In this document: one piece after another, positions 19,447-27,064 of the stretch
Layout: each line of letters opens with the position of its first letter
How positions within the stretch are numbered: the first letter of the stretch is position 1
NCBI GenBank assembly: GCA_021776175.1
Contig: JAJFGJ010000003.1
Coordinates: 144,233-208,232 of the forward strand
DNA: 64,000 nucleotides
Origin: Kiloniellaceae bacterium
GTDB lineage: Bacteria; Pseudomonadota; Alphaproteobacteria; Kiloniellales; J153
Reading direction: 5' to 3'
Made by a program: the position numbers and the translations under genes
Notes under the pieces: model-generated
The model's database searches: none
Told to the model about the DNA's origin: nothing
The model's input: only the letters and a program-made list of their open reading frames with translations

Positions 19447-19761
19447 TCCCCGTGGCCGGATCGTCCGAATACCTTCGAAGACCCGGCGTTCACGGATACT
19501 GAGTGGTTACAAACGTGGCCAGGCGTACCTGCGGCCGTCCGGCACCCCAACCCGCCAGGAACCGAGACCCTCCGTCCGCGCGTCGCGCGTGGCGGGCGAT
19601 CGAACCGCGATAATCGCGGCCGGTCCCATCGTCTTGGCTGGATCGACTTGATGCCGCACGCCGGTAACCTCCCTGTTTCTCGAAGCCGTCACCCGCACCG
19701 GCCATCCTGGCCGGAAGTGGACCGGGTGAGGTCCGAGTAAGCGTCCTATTTCCTTTGGACA
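19416..19761 (-). ncRNA. Candidate ~345-nt structured non-coding (or small-protein) transcript, family unknown
   Basis: Bounded by a CRP-box/-10 promoter architecture upstream and the intrinsic terminator downstream. Several local hairpins are present (ccggcca-gga-tggccgg, ccgcga-tta-tcgcgg). No convincing protein in any frame. No match to tmRNA, RNase P or SRP signature motifs that I can recall. Confidence 0.35.
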
Positions 19762-19767
19762 CCTTTG

Positions 19768-19843
19768 AATTTAGGGATGGTTCGGCGCGGCCAATGTGAC
19801 GGTCATCACTAAACCGTGAAGACCGCGTGTGACGCCTATCACA
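19768..19843 (-). promoter_or_regulatory. Two CRP-type boxes plus a -10 element (class II-like geometry) for a minus-strand promoter
   Basis: TGTGA-cgccta-TCACA at 19828-19843 is perfect. TGTGA-cggtca-TCACT at 19795-19810 has one mismatch. The minus-strand TAAATT hexamer is at 19768-19773. The proximal box centre lies 29.5 nt upstream of the first hexamer base, which places it at -41.5 if the hexamer is -12..-7. Confidence 0.45.
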
Positions 19844-19852
19844 TTTGTGCGC

Positions 19853-20047
19853 TTAAACGCCGGGGAGGTTCGGAATGGAGCTTTTGCCGGCTCGGCGCAC
19901 CACCAGCCACAGGGCGTGAATCACACCAGGCACGAAAAAGAATATGGTCAGAAGGATGTTGAGCCAGAAATGAAGGCCGATGCCGACGGTTAGAAAGGCC
20001 GCCACGGGTGGCAGGAAAATGGCTAAAATAATACGGACGATATTCAT
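19853..20047 (-). CDS. YqaE/Pmp3-family small membrane proteolipid
   Basis: 64 aa with two TM segments. IVRIILAIFLPPVAAFL...NILLTIFFFVPGVIHALW matches the Pmp3/YqaE pattern. Confidence 0.85.
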   Translation of the reverse strand: MNIVRIILAIFLPPVAAFLTVGIGLHFWLNILLTIFFFVPGVIHALWLVVRRAGKSSIPNLPGV

Positions 20048-20120
20048 GCTGTTCTCCCCCAGAACACAGCCGCCGGGTGGCGGACCGATTCGGCGGGCAT
20101 TCTAGCCGCTCTTAGCGCTC

Positions 20121-20151
20121 AACTCCAAGGAAACGGGCTGTTGCCGACCGG
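20121..20151. repeat. Direct repeat copy A (31 bp) flanking the hicAB cassette
   Basis: aactccaaggaaacgggctgttgCcgaccgg is identical to 21083-21113 except for one base. On the minus strand it encodes PVGNSPFPWS-stop, which duplicates the C-terminus of the 21081-22424 gene. Confidence 0.9.
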
Positions 20152-20303
20152 TCGCGGGCGTCTTTTCGGAATGACCGAATCTGCTGTGTCCGGGCGCACA
20201 TGTCGCCGCTCTCGCAGCCGAGCATCGATAACCGCCTCGCGAGACGCCATTCCCACTCATGCCTAGTCCCCGGAGACTCATAGGAAGCTCGCATTGCCCA
20301 GAG

Positions 20304-20358
20304 TATACGCACTTTTGCGAATTTTTTTCTTTGAACTATTCGCAGAAGTGCGTATAAT
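20304..20358 (+). promoter_or_regulatory. hicAB promoter with an embedded 19-bp inverted repeat (candidate HicB operator)
   Basis: TTGAAC (20331-20336), a 16-nt spacer, then TATAAT (20353-20358). The arms tatacgcacttttgcgaat (20304-20322) and attcgcagaagtgcgtata (20338-20356) are reverse complements with 1 mismatch. Confidence 0.55.
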
Positions 20359-20367
20359 AGAGGTCGT

Positions 20368-20577
20368 ATGAAACGCGACCAGTTCTTGTCTCGCCTTCGC
20401 CGTCATGCCCGTAAAAACGGTCTGGCTTTCGGCGTCGTGAAGTCTCGGGGCAAGGGTAGCCACGTCACTGTCACGCTCGGTGCGCGACGCACCATCGTGA
20501 AGGGTGGCGAGCTGAAGCCTGGATATATCGCGTTAATCGTGCGCCAACTCGGTCTGCCGGGCGGCGTTTTAAAATGA
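20368..20577 (+). CDS. hicA: HicA-family toxin (mRNA interferase)
   Basis: 69 aa with a KGSH motif (SRGKGSHVTVTL) and a ...IVRQLGL C-terminal pattern. It sits upstream of a HicB-like gene. Confidence 0.8.
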   Translation: MKRDQFLSRLRRHARKNGLAFGVVKSRGKGSHVTVTLGARRTIVKGGELKPGYIALIVRQLGLPGGVLK

Positions 20578-20632
20578 ACCGTGACTGGCCCTACCCCACT
20601 TAAGGGCCGTGCCGCTCAAGGAGGAGGGCATC

Positions 20633-21073
20633 ATGCGCTTGATATATCCGGTCGATATCGCCGAACACGGCGGCCCACCAGACGAGGCCGGTTTCGCCGT
20701 GACCTTCCCGGATTTGCCCGAGGCAGTGACTTGGGGCGAGACCCTGGCCGAGGCCTTGGCCAATGCCACCGATTGCCTGGAGGAAGCCCTGGCCGCCCGC
20801 ATCCTGGCGCGCGAGGCACTGCCCGCGCCTTCGGCCGCTCGCGGCCGGCCGTGTGTGGCGCCCGGCAGTCTTATCGGCGCAAAGGCCGCGCTCTATCTGG
20901 CGCTGCGCGACTCCGGCACCACCCCGGCGAAGCTCGCCCGGCGCTTGGGCACGCAGCCTTCGGCCGTGACTCGGCTGCTCGACCCCGCGCACGCCAGTAA
21001 GCCGGCGCGGATCGACGACGCGCTGAACGCGCTAGGTAAGCGCCTTGTCGTCGCGCTCGAACCCGCCGCTTAA
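20633..21073 (+). CDS. hicB: HicB-family antitoxin with a C-terminal HTH
   Basis: MRLIYPVDIAEH...GFAVTFPDLPEAVTWGETLAEALANATDCLEEAL is a HicB N-terminal fold pattern. The C-terminal TPAKLARRLGTQPSAVTRLLDP is an HTH. The ATG at 20633 follows an aggagg SD. Confidence 0.8.
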   Translation: MRLIYPVDIAEHGGPPDEAGFAVTFPDLPEAVTWGETLAEALANATDCLEEALAARILAREALPAPSAARGRPCVAPGSLIGAKAALYLALRDSGTTPAKLARRLGTQPSAVTRLLDPAHASKPARIDDALNALGKRLVVALEPAA

Positions 21074-21080
21074 GCGCCAT

Positions 21081-22424
21081 CTAACTCCAAGGAAACGGGC
21101 TGTTGCTGACCGGGTGCAGCTTGCCCTCGGCGAAACGTGAGAAGCGGAACGGAGTGAGCAGGCGGCTTTCCTCGCCCAAGAGTTCATCGGCGATCAGCTT
21201 GCCGACGCCGATCATCTTGTAGCCGTGGTTCGAGTCCGCGATGAAGGTGACGTTCTCGCGGAAGCGGTCGAAGACCGGAAAGGAATCCGGCGTGAAGCAG
21301 CCCAGGCCGCCCGAGGGTTCGTTCTTGTAATACTTGATCTGGCCCTCGAAACGTTTTTGACAGAAGGCCAGGGCCGAACACCACATGTGGGCGAAATTGT
21401 CGTCCACGATGAACTCCGGCGATTCCGGGCCGTAGGGGTCGAGCGCGACCTTATCGACCGGGGTCTCGACCTTGTAGGGCATGGCGCCGCCCTGAATACC
21501 GCCGAAGTTGAAGTCTGGCTTGTAGTAGATGCCCCACATTTCCTCGGTGATGAGCGAGCCGTCGACGTCCGAATACAGCGGCTCGTCGGTATCGACATGG
21601 ATGACCGGCGGCATCTTGCCGTCGTTGGTCTTTTGCAACTCCGGGTCGACGCCCAGGGTCCCTTCCTCCAGGCACCAGTAGCGCCAGGTATCGATCCCTT
21701 CGTGCACTTTGCCGTCGGGGCCCTTGATCGAGACTGTCTTGGGCAGTTCCAGCATGTCCCAGATTTTACTGGCCCAGGGGCCGGCGGCGACCACGACCTG
21801 CTCGCATTCGATGGCGCCCTTATCGGTCTCCACCGCGGTCACGGCGGCGGAGCCATGGCCGGCGCGAAAGCCGGTCACGGTGATACCCGAAAGGATGCGC
21901 ACGCCCAGATTTTCCGCCTTGGTCGCCAGGCCGTAGATGGCCGCCGTGTTGTTGGCGTAGCCGCCTTTCTTTTCATGCAGGACCGAGGTGATGCCCTTGG
22001 CCCGCCAATCGCTGAACAGGCCCTTCATGTAGGCCATGGACTGGGCTTCGCCCTCGATGAAGGCCGACTCGTAGCCGATGTCCTGCTGTTGGGCGTGAAT
22101 GCTGGCGATATCCGCGCGCATGGATTCGGGCGAGATCTGCATATAGCCCACCGGATGATAGCTGAAAGCCTTGGGATCGCTCTCCCAGACCTCGACGCTT
22201 TGCGCCATCAACTCGCGCATGGCCGGTTGGAAATAGTTGTTACGCACCACGCCGCAGGCGATGCCGCTGGCGCCGGCGGCGATGCCGGTCTTGTCGATTA
22301 CCAGAATGTCCCCGCCGCCGCCCTTTCCTTGGGCTTCCAGCTTTTCCGCCAAGTGCCAGGCGGTCGAGAGGCCATGAATGCCGGCCCCGATAATGACGGT
22401 TTTTACGTGGGTCGGCATGGCCAT
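21081..22424 (-). CDS. FAD-dependent oxidoreductase (DAO/sarcosine-oxidase-beta-like family)
   Basis: VKTVIIGAGIHGLSTAWHLA dinucleotide-binding motif. About 447 aa. I prefer the start at MAMPTH (22424), preceded by aggaga. Confidence 0.85.
   Translation of the reverse strand: MAMPTHVKTVIIGAGIHGLSTAWHLAEKLEAQGKGGGGDILVIDKTGIAAGASGIACGVVRNNYFQPAMRELMAQSVEVWESDPKAFSYHPVGYMQISPESMRADIASIHAQQQDIGYESAFIEGEAQSMAYMKGLFSDWRAKGITSVLHEKKGGYANNTAAIYGLATKAENLGVRILSGITVTGFRAGHGSAAVTAVETDKGAIECEQVVVAAGPWASKIWDMLELPKTVSIKGPDGKVHEGIDTWRYWCLEEGTLGVDPELQKTNDGKMPPVIHVDTDEPLYSDVDGSLITEEMWGIYYKPDFNFGGIQGGAMPYKVETPVDKVALDPYGPESPEFIVDDNFAHMWCSALAFCQKRFEGQIKYYKNEPSGGLGCFTPDSFPVFDRFRENVTFIADSNHGYKMIGVGKLIADELLGEESRLLTPFRFSRFAEGKLHPVSNSPFPWS
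21083..21113. repeat. Direct repeat copy B (31 bp); this is the authentic 3' end of the FAD oxidoreductase gene
   Basis: aactccaaggaaacgggctgttgTtgaccgg encodes ...PVSNSPFPWS-stop of the 21081-22424 CDS. Confidence 0.9.
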
Positions 22425-22581
22425 GGTCGGTCTCCTGGAGGCGTGGGGGTGGCGGATACGATAGGGGCGGCGCATGCTCCTTCTTGGCCCCCACCCGACC
22501 CCCTCTGGCGGCGATTCGACAACTCATGGCGGCTGGCGGTACAAAGCGTTTCATCACCCCTGGCGAAGAGGATTAGAGCTC

Positions 22582-22926
22582 ATGCACAAAGATTGGGATC
22601 GCATGGCCAAGGATCTGAGTGGCTTGATGGCCGAGGTCCGCAAGGGCGTGCCCGAGTCCGCCAAGGCGTTCGGCCAGCTCGCGGCGGCGGCCACCGCGCC
22701 CGGCGCGCTCGATATCAAGACCAAGGAACTCATGGCCTTGGCGATCGGTATCGCGGCCCGCTGCGATGGTTGCATCGCGTTCCACGTCAAGGCGGCGGTC
22801 CAACTCGGCGCCAGCCGCGAAGAGCTTCTGGAGACGGTCGCCATGGCCATGTACATGGGCGGCGGCCCGTCATTCATATACGGCGCCCAGGCACTCGAGG
22901 CCTTCGATCAATTCACCGCCCCTTGA
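22582..22926 (+). CDS. Carboxymuconolactone-decarboxylase (AhpD-like) family protein
   Basis: LDIKTKELMALAIGIAARCDGCIAFHV contains the CxxC of the CMD/AhpD family. I prefer the start at MHKDW (22582). Confidence 0.85.
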   Translation: MHKDWDRMAKDLSGLMAEVRKGVPESAKAFGQLAAAATAPGALDIKTKELMALAIGIAARCDGCIAFHVKAAVQLGASREELLETVAMAMYMGGGPSFIYGAQALEAFDQFTAP

Positions 22927-22930
22927 TGCC

Positions 22931-23830
22931 ATGACAGAACGCGACTTCATTGGCCATGGCGCCACGCCGCCCGATCCCCATTGGCCTGGCGGCGCGCGCC
23001 TGGCGCTCAGCTTCGTGGTCAACGTGGAGGAGGGGGCGGAGTATTCGATCCTCGACGGCGACCCGCACGGGGAGACGATCCTCTCAGACCTGGCGGCGGC
23101 GCCCCCGGTGCCGGGCCGCCGCGACCGGCTGATCGAATCTCTCTATGAATACGGCAGCCGGGTCGGCATATGGCGCGTGCTTGAGGTTTTCCAGGCGCGC
23201 GGCGTCGCGCCGACGATCTATGCCGTCGGCTTGGCCCTGGCGCGCAATCCGGCGTTGGGCGAAAAGATCGCGGCCATGAACTGCGATCTCGCCGGCCACG
23301 GCTGGCGCTGGATCGACTACGCCGATATGTCGGAGGACGAGGAACGCGCCGACATCGCACGCACGGTCGAGACCATCGAGCGCCTGACGGGCAAGCCACC
23401 CCTTGGCTGGTATACTGGACGCCCGAGCCTCAACACCCGCCGCCTGCTGATCGAACATGGCGGATTTCTATACGACTGCGACGATCACAACGACGACCTG
23501 CCGTTTTGGACCAGGCTCGAGGGTCATGACCACTTGGTGATTCCCCACAGCCTCGATAACAACGACAGCCGCTTTTCGCGCGCTCAAGGTTTCAATCTGG
23601 CGGACGACTTCTTCACCTACATGAAGGATGGCTTCGACTGGCTCTACCGGGAAGGCGCGGTTTCGCCGCGCCTCATGACCGTCTCCCTGCACCCACGCTT
23701 GATCGGCCGTCCGGGGCGGATCGGCGGCCTGGCGCGGTTTCTGGACTACGCGCTGGAACACGACAAGGTCTGGATTGCCGGGCGCGGCGAAATCGCACAC
23801 CATTGGCGCAAGACCCACCCGCCTTCTTAG
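22931..23830 (+). CDS. Polysaccharide-deacetylase-fold protein, PuuE (allantoinase)-like
   Basis: About 300 aa. DFIGHG...PDPHWPGGARLALSFVVNVEEGAEYSILDGD and WRWIDY resemble the PuuE/urate-catabolism deacetylase family. The start at 22931 lies 5 nt after the upstream stop. Confidence 0.75.
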   Translation: MTERDFIGHGATPPDPHWPGGARLALSFVVNVEEGAEYSILDGDPHGETILSDLAAAPPVPGRRDRLIESLYEYGSRVGIWRVLEVFQARGVAPTIYAVGLALARNPALGEKIAAMNCDLAGHGWRWIDYADMSEDEERADIARTVETIERLTGKPPLGWYTGRPSLNTRRLLIEHGGFLYDCDDHNDDLPFWTRLEGHDHLVIPHSLDNNDSRFSRAQGFNLADDFFTYMKDGFDWLYREGAVSPRLMTVSLHPRLIGRPGRIGGLARFLDYALEHDKVWIAGRGEIAHHWRKTHPPS

Positions 23831-23851
23831 GCGTTGGAAAAGGAGAATTTC

Positions 23852-24856
23852 ATGAAAGCCTACGAAATTCGCGACGCCGGCGGCATCGACGCCTTGCACT
23901 TGGCCGAGCGCCCGACGCCGCGGCCGGGCCCCGGCCAAGTTCTGGTGCGCCTGCGCGCCAACTCGATCAATTACCGCGACCTGCAGATTATTTTGGACCC
24001 GCGGGGGCGGGGAATCGTCTATCCCCGGATTCCAAACTCCGATGGGGCGGGGGAGGTGCTGGAGGTCGGCGCGGGCGTGACCCGTTTCAAGGCCGGCGAC
24101 CGCGTGGCCGGTACCTTCTTCCAGAACTGGGTCTCGGGCGGCATCACGGCCGAGGCCATGGGCAGCGCCCTGGGCGGAGCCGTGGACGGGGTTTTGTGCG
24201 ACCACGCCGTGCTGCAACAAGATGGCTTGGTTCCGATTCCGGCGCACTTGTCATACGAGGAAGCCGCGACCCTGCCGTGCGCGGGCTTGACCGCTTGGCA
24301 CATCGTTGTTGGGTTGGGTCGGATCAAGGCGGGGGATACGGTTTTGATACTGGGCACCGGCGGGGTCTCTATTTTCGCCCTGCAATTCGCCCGCCTGCAC
24401 GGCGCGCGCGCCATCGTGACTTCCAGCAGCGACGAAAAGTTGGCGCGCGCGGCCGAGCTTGGCGCTTGGCGCACGATCAACTACCGCGCCAATCCGGACT
24501 GGGAAAAGGAAGTACTGGAGATCACCGAGGGGCGCGGCGTCGATCTGGTCGCCGAGGTCGGCGGCGCTGGCACCTTGGAGAAATCCATCCAGGCAGTTCG
24601 CGCCGGGGGAACCATCGGTCTGGTCGGCGTTTTGACCGGGGGCAAGATCGATCCGGCCGGCGTGATGCGCAAATCGCTTCGCCTGCAGGGCATCTATGTC
24701 GGCAACAAGACTATGTTCGAGGACATGACCCGTGCCATATCGGCGCACGAAATGCACCCGGTCATCGATTCCCGGTTCGATTTCGAAGAAGCCCCCGGCG
24801 CCTATGGCCGCATGCGGGGCGCGGGCCACTTCGGCAAAATCGTCATCGCGATCTAG
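23852..24856 (+). CDS. Zn-independent medium-chain dehydrogenase / NADPH:quinone reductase family
   Basis: MKAYEI..., GDTVLILGTGGVSIFALQFA nucleotide-binding motif, and a HFGKIVI C-terminus. An aaggag SD precedes 23852. Confidence 0.85.
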   Translation: MKAYEIRDAGGIDALHLAERPTPRPGPGQVLVRLRANSINYRDLQIILDPRGRGIVYPRIPNSDGAGEVLEVGAGVTRFKAGDRVAGTFFQNWVSGGITAEAMGSALGGAVDGVLCDHAVLQQDGLVPIPAHLSYEEAATLPCAGLTAWHIVVGLGRIKAGDTVLILGTGGVSIFALQFARLHGARAIVTSSSDEKLARAAELGAWRTINYRANPDWEKEVLEITEGRGVDLVAEVGGAGTLEKSIQAVRAGGTIGLVGVLTGGKIDPAGVMRKSLRLQGIYVGNKTMFEDMTRAISAHEMHPVIDSRFDFEEAPGAYGRMRGAGHFGKIVIAI

Positions 24857-24940
24857 TGTGGTGGAACTGCATGGGGACAAGTTTTGAAATCAGGCGATAT
24901 GGCCGCGAGGCGGATACCCACGCCATGGCCGGAAAGAGCT

Positions 24941-26494
24941 TTAGCGCGCTACGGCGCGGGGTGAGCAAGAGGCCACCAAGATGACCCGCTCGGCCGGAAA
25001 CGACACGGTCACCGAGGTGCCGACATTGAGCTCGCTCTCGATTTCAAGGGTTCCGCCATGTTGCTCGGCCAGAGCTCGAGTCAGGGGCAGGCCAAGGCCT
25101 GTCCCTTCGTGCTGGCGATTGAGATCGCCGTCGATCTGGCCGAATTTCGACAGAGCCTTCGGAATATCGTCCGGTGCCATTCCGATCCCGGTGTCGGTGA
25201 TCTGGAAGACGAAACCGGTCTCGCGGTGGCACCAAACCTTAAGCGAGACCTCGCTGCCTTCGCCGCTAAATTTGATCGCGTTGGTTAGAAGGTTCATCAG
25301 GATTTGCTTCATCTTGCGCTTGTCGGCACAAAGAATTGGGAGCCTGTCCTGGATATTCAGATTCAGAGTGACGCCATTCTTCATGGCGCGCTGATTGACC
25401 AATCTCGACGACGACTGGATGAGATCTGGAACTTCGATATTCTCTTCGTGTAGCTCGTCCATACCGGATTCGACCTTGGACAGATCCAGGATATCGTTGA
25501 TCAGTTCCAGCAAGTGCTTACCCGAGCCGTGGATATCGCTCACATAGTCCAGGTACTTCTTGTTTTCCATGGGGCCGAATATCTGATTACCGATGACCTC
25601 GGAAAAGCCGATAATCGCATTCAATGGCGTTCGCAGTTCGTGACTCATGGCCGCGAGGAATTCGGACTTGGCCTTGTTCGCCGACTCGGCATCAATTCGC
25701 GCGACGTGAAGCTGCTCGGCCAGGAAAACCAGTTCCGAGCCCTGCTGTTCAAGCGTTTGCTGCACGCCCTCAAGTTCGGCGACACGCTGGCGCATGGCAA
25801 GTTCGCTGATGCGCAGCGTGTTTTCCGTGCGCTTCGATTCGGTGATATCATGCAGTATGACGGTAAGGATTTGTTCCTGGCCCAAATAGAACTTCGATAT
25901 CGAGCCTCTGGCGGGGAACTCGGTTCCATCCTTTCGCAGGCCCAGGATATCCTTACGCACGTTCGCTATGCGGCTGCCCTCCGGCAAGCGCAGAAAATTT
26001 TCCACATGGGCCTTGTGCGTGTTCCGGAACTTCGCTGGGAGGAGTATCTCGACCGGGCGGCCGATCGCCTCGCTTGCCTCGTAGCCGAAAATAACCTCGG
26101 CCCCCTTGTTGAAAAGTTGAATATAGCCATGTCGATCCATCGATATGACCGCGTCGGGGGCGAGTTCAAGAATACCGGACAGCCGACGCTCTGAATTTCG
26201 CGAAGTTTCTTCGGCCAATAGGGATTTGACCACAAAGACAGCCGTGGCCCAGATCGCGAATAGGGCCAAGCCTCGATTGACCAGAGCCATCCATTGCATT
26301 CCCCCGGTCGGGGATAGGGTGAATCCGGTGATCGTCAGCGCGGACACCAGGATCGCGAGCGCATAGACGTCCCTGCGCCGTGCCAGCCATCGACCGGCCA
26401 CGATCACCGCCACATACGGCACGCCACTGGCGACCCCAAGCGGGAGCGAGAGATCGATCAGAAAAATGACGAGCGCCAGGGCGATCGCCAGCAT
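24941..26494 (-). CDS. Membrane PAS sensor histidine kinase (no adjacent response regulator)
   Basis: N-terminal TM bundle, a PAS segment (AVISMDRHGYIQLFNKGAEVIFGY), the H-box [23 protein letters not shown], and the G-boxes DTGIGM and GTGLGL. Confidence 0.9.
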   Translation of the reverse strand: MLAIALALVIFLIDLSLPLGVASGVPYVAVIVAGRWLARRRDVYALAILVSALTITGFTLSPTGGMQWMALVNRGLALFAIWATAVFVVKSLLAEETSRNSERRLSGILELAPDAVISMDRHGYIQLFNKGAEVIFGYEASEAIGRPVEILLPAKFRNTHKAHVENFLRLPEGSRIANVRKDILGLRKDGTEFPARGSISKFYLGQEQILTVILHDITESKRTENTLRISELAMRQRVAELEGVQQTLEQQGSELVFLAEQLHVARIDAESANKAKSEFLAAMSHELRTPLNAIIGFSEVIGNQIFGPMENKKYLDYVSDIHGSGKHLLELINDILDLSKVESGMDELHEENIEVPDLIQSSSRLVNQRAMKNGVTLNLNIQDRLPILCADKRKMKQILMNLLTNAIKFSGEGSEVSLKVWCHRETGFVFQITDTGIGMAPDDIPKALSKFGQIDGDLNRQHEGTGLGLPLTRALAEQHGGTLEIESELNVGTSVTVSFPAERVILVASCSPRAVAR

Positions 26495-27064
26495 GGCGAT
26501 GCAAGTCCTTGTCCATCGGCCGGCGCCGCATCCGCTATTATGCGGCTGCGGTGTGGATGAAATTCCGGCGCCCTGTGCATGGTCAAGAGTATTCAGCGTC
26601 TTACTCCTGGTAACGGCCTATTTTCGGCATTCGCACGGTCGCCAAAAAGAAATCGATCCTGTCGAAACAGAGATGTTCTTGGGGCAAGAATCCGCAGCCG
26701 GTTATTGATTTTTGTATACCGAGATTGTCTTGAGAATCTGAGAGCAAGCCTCTAATTACCATGAAATATTCCAATACAAGATTAAGGTAATTTGCCTGGA
26801 GGCCACCCTGGAATGTTGCCGTGGGAGGGCTTATTGGGAAATCCGCCAATTTTATAGTTGATGAAACGTTAATCGTAATCACACTAATAAAATTTATACG
26901 CAATCTTCCGTTTTCGTGTGCTATCCGGCAAGAGTCCGGGGGCCACGGGGTCGGCATAATCGGCGCGATTTCCAGTAGTCTTGGTAAAGACCGCCGTGCC
27001 ACGGTGGTTTAGCTTCGCCTTCCAGGTTGTTATCTTGCCGCGAACCGACACCGGAGAACCTGCC

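Larger units (their letters stand above)
20121..21113. mobile_element. Putative inserted hicAB cassette with a target-site-like duplication (no recombinase gene present)
   Basis: A unit of about 960 bp with its own promoter and the toxin-antitoxin pair, bracketed by the 31-bp direct repeats. There is weaker similarity just outside the repeats (ccgctcttagcgc vs ccgcttaagcgcc). Confidence 0.45.

Noticed and set aside
19416-19790. Possibility that the GC-rich intergenic RNA is tmRNA, RNase P RNA, SRP RNA or a riboswitch
   Set aside because: There is no GCC-AAC-GAC-AAC tag frame and no tRNA-like GGTTCGAnTCC/CCA end, so it is not tmRNA. There is no GAGGAAAGTCCGGGC, so it is not RNase P. Resemblance to the SRP GGUCC-GGAA-GGAAGCAGCC core is only loose. 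There is no downstream gene for a riboswitch. It is kept as an unknown candidate only.
21225-22934. 569-aa plus-strand ORF
   Set aside because: It is antisense to the FAD oxidoreductase. It runs in a wrong frame through the CMD-family gene and has low-complexity composition.
26601-27002. 133-aa minus-strand ORF in the AT-rich gap
   Set aside because: There is no SD and no recognisable domain. The residue usage is odd and it overlaps the probable promoter regions. It is treated as non-coding.
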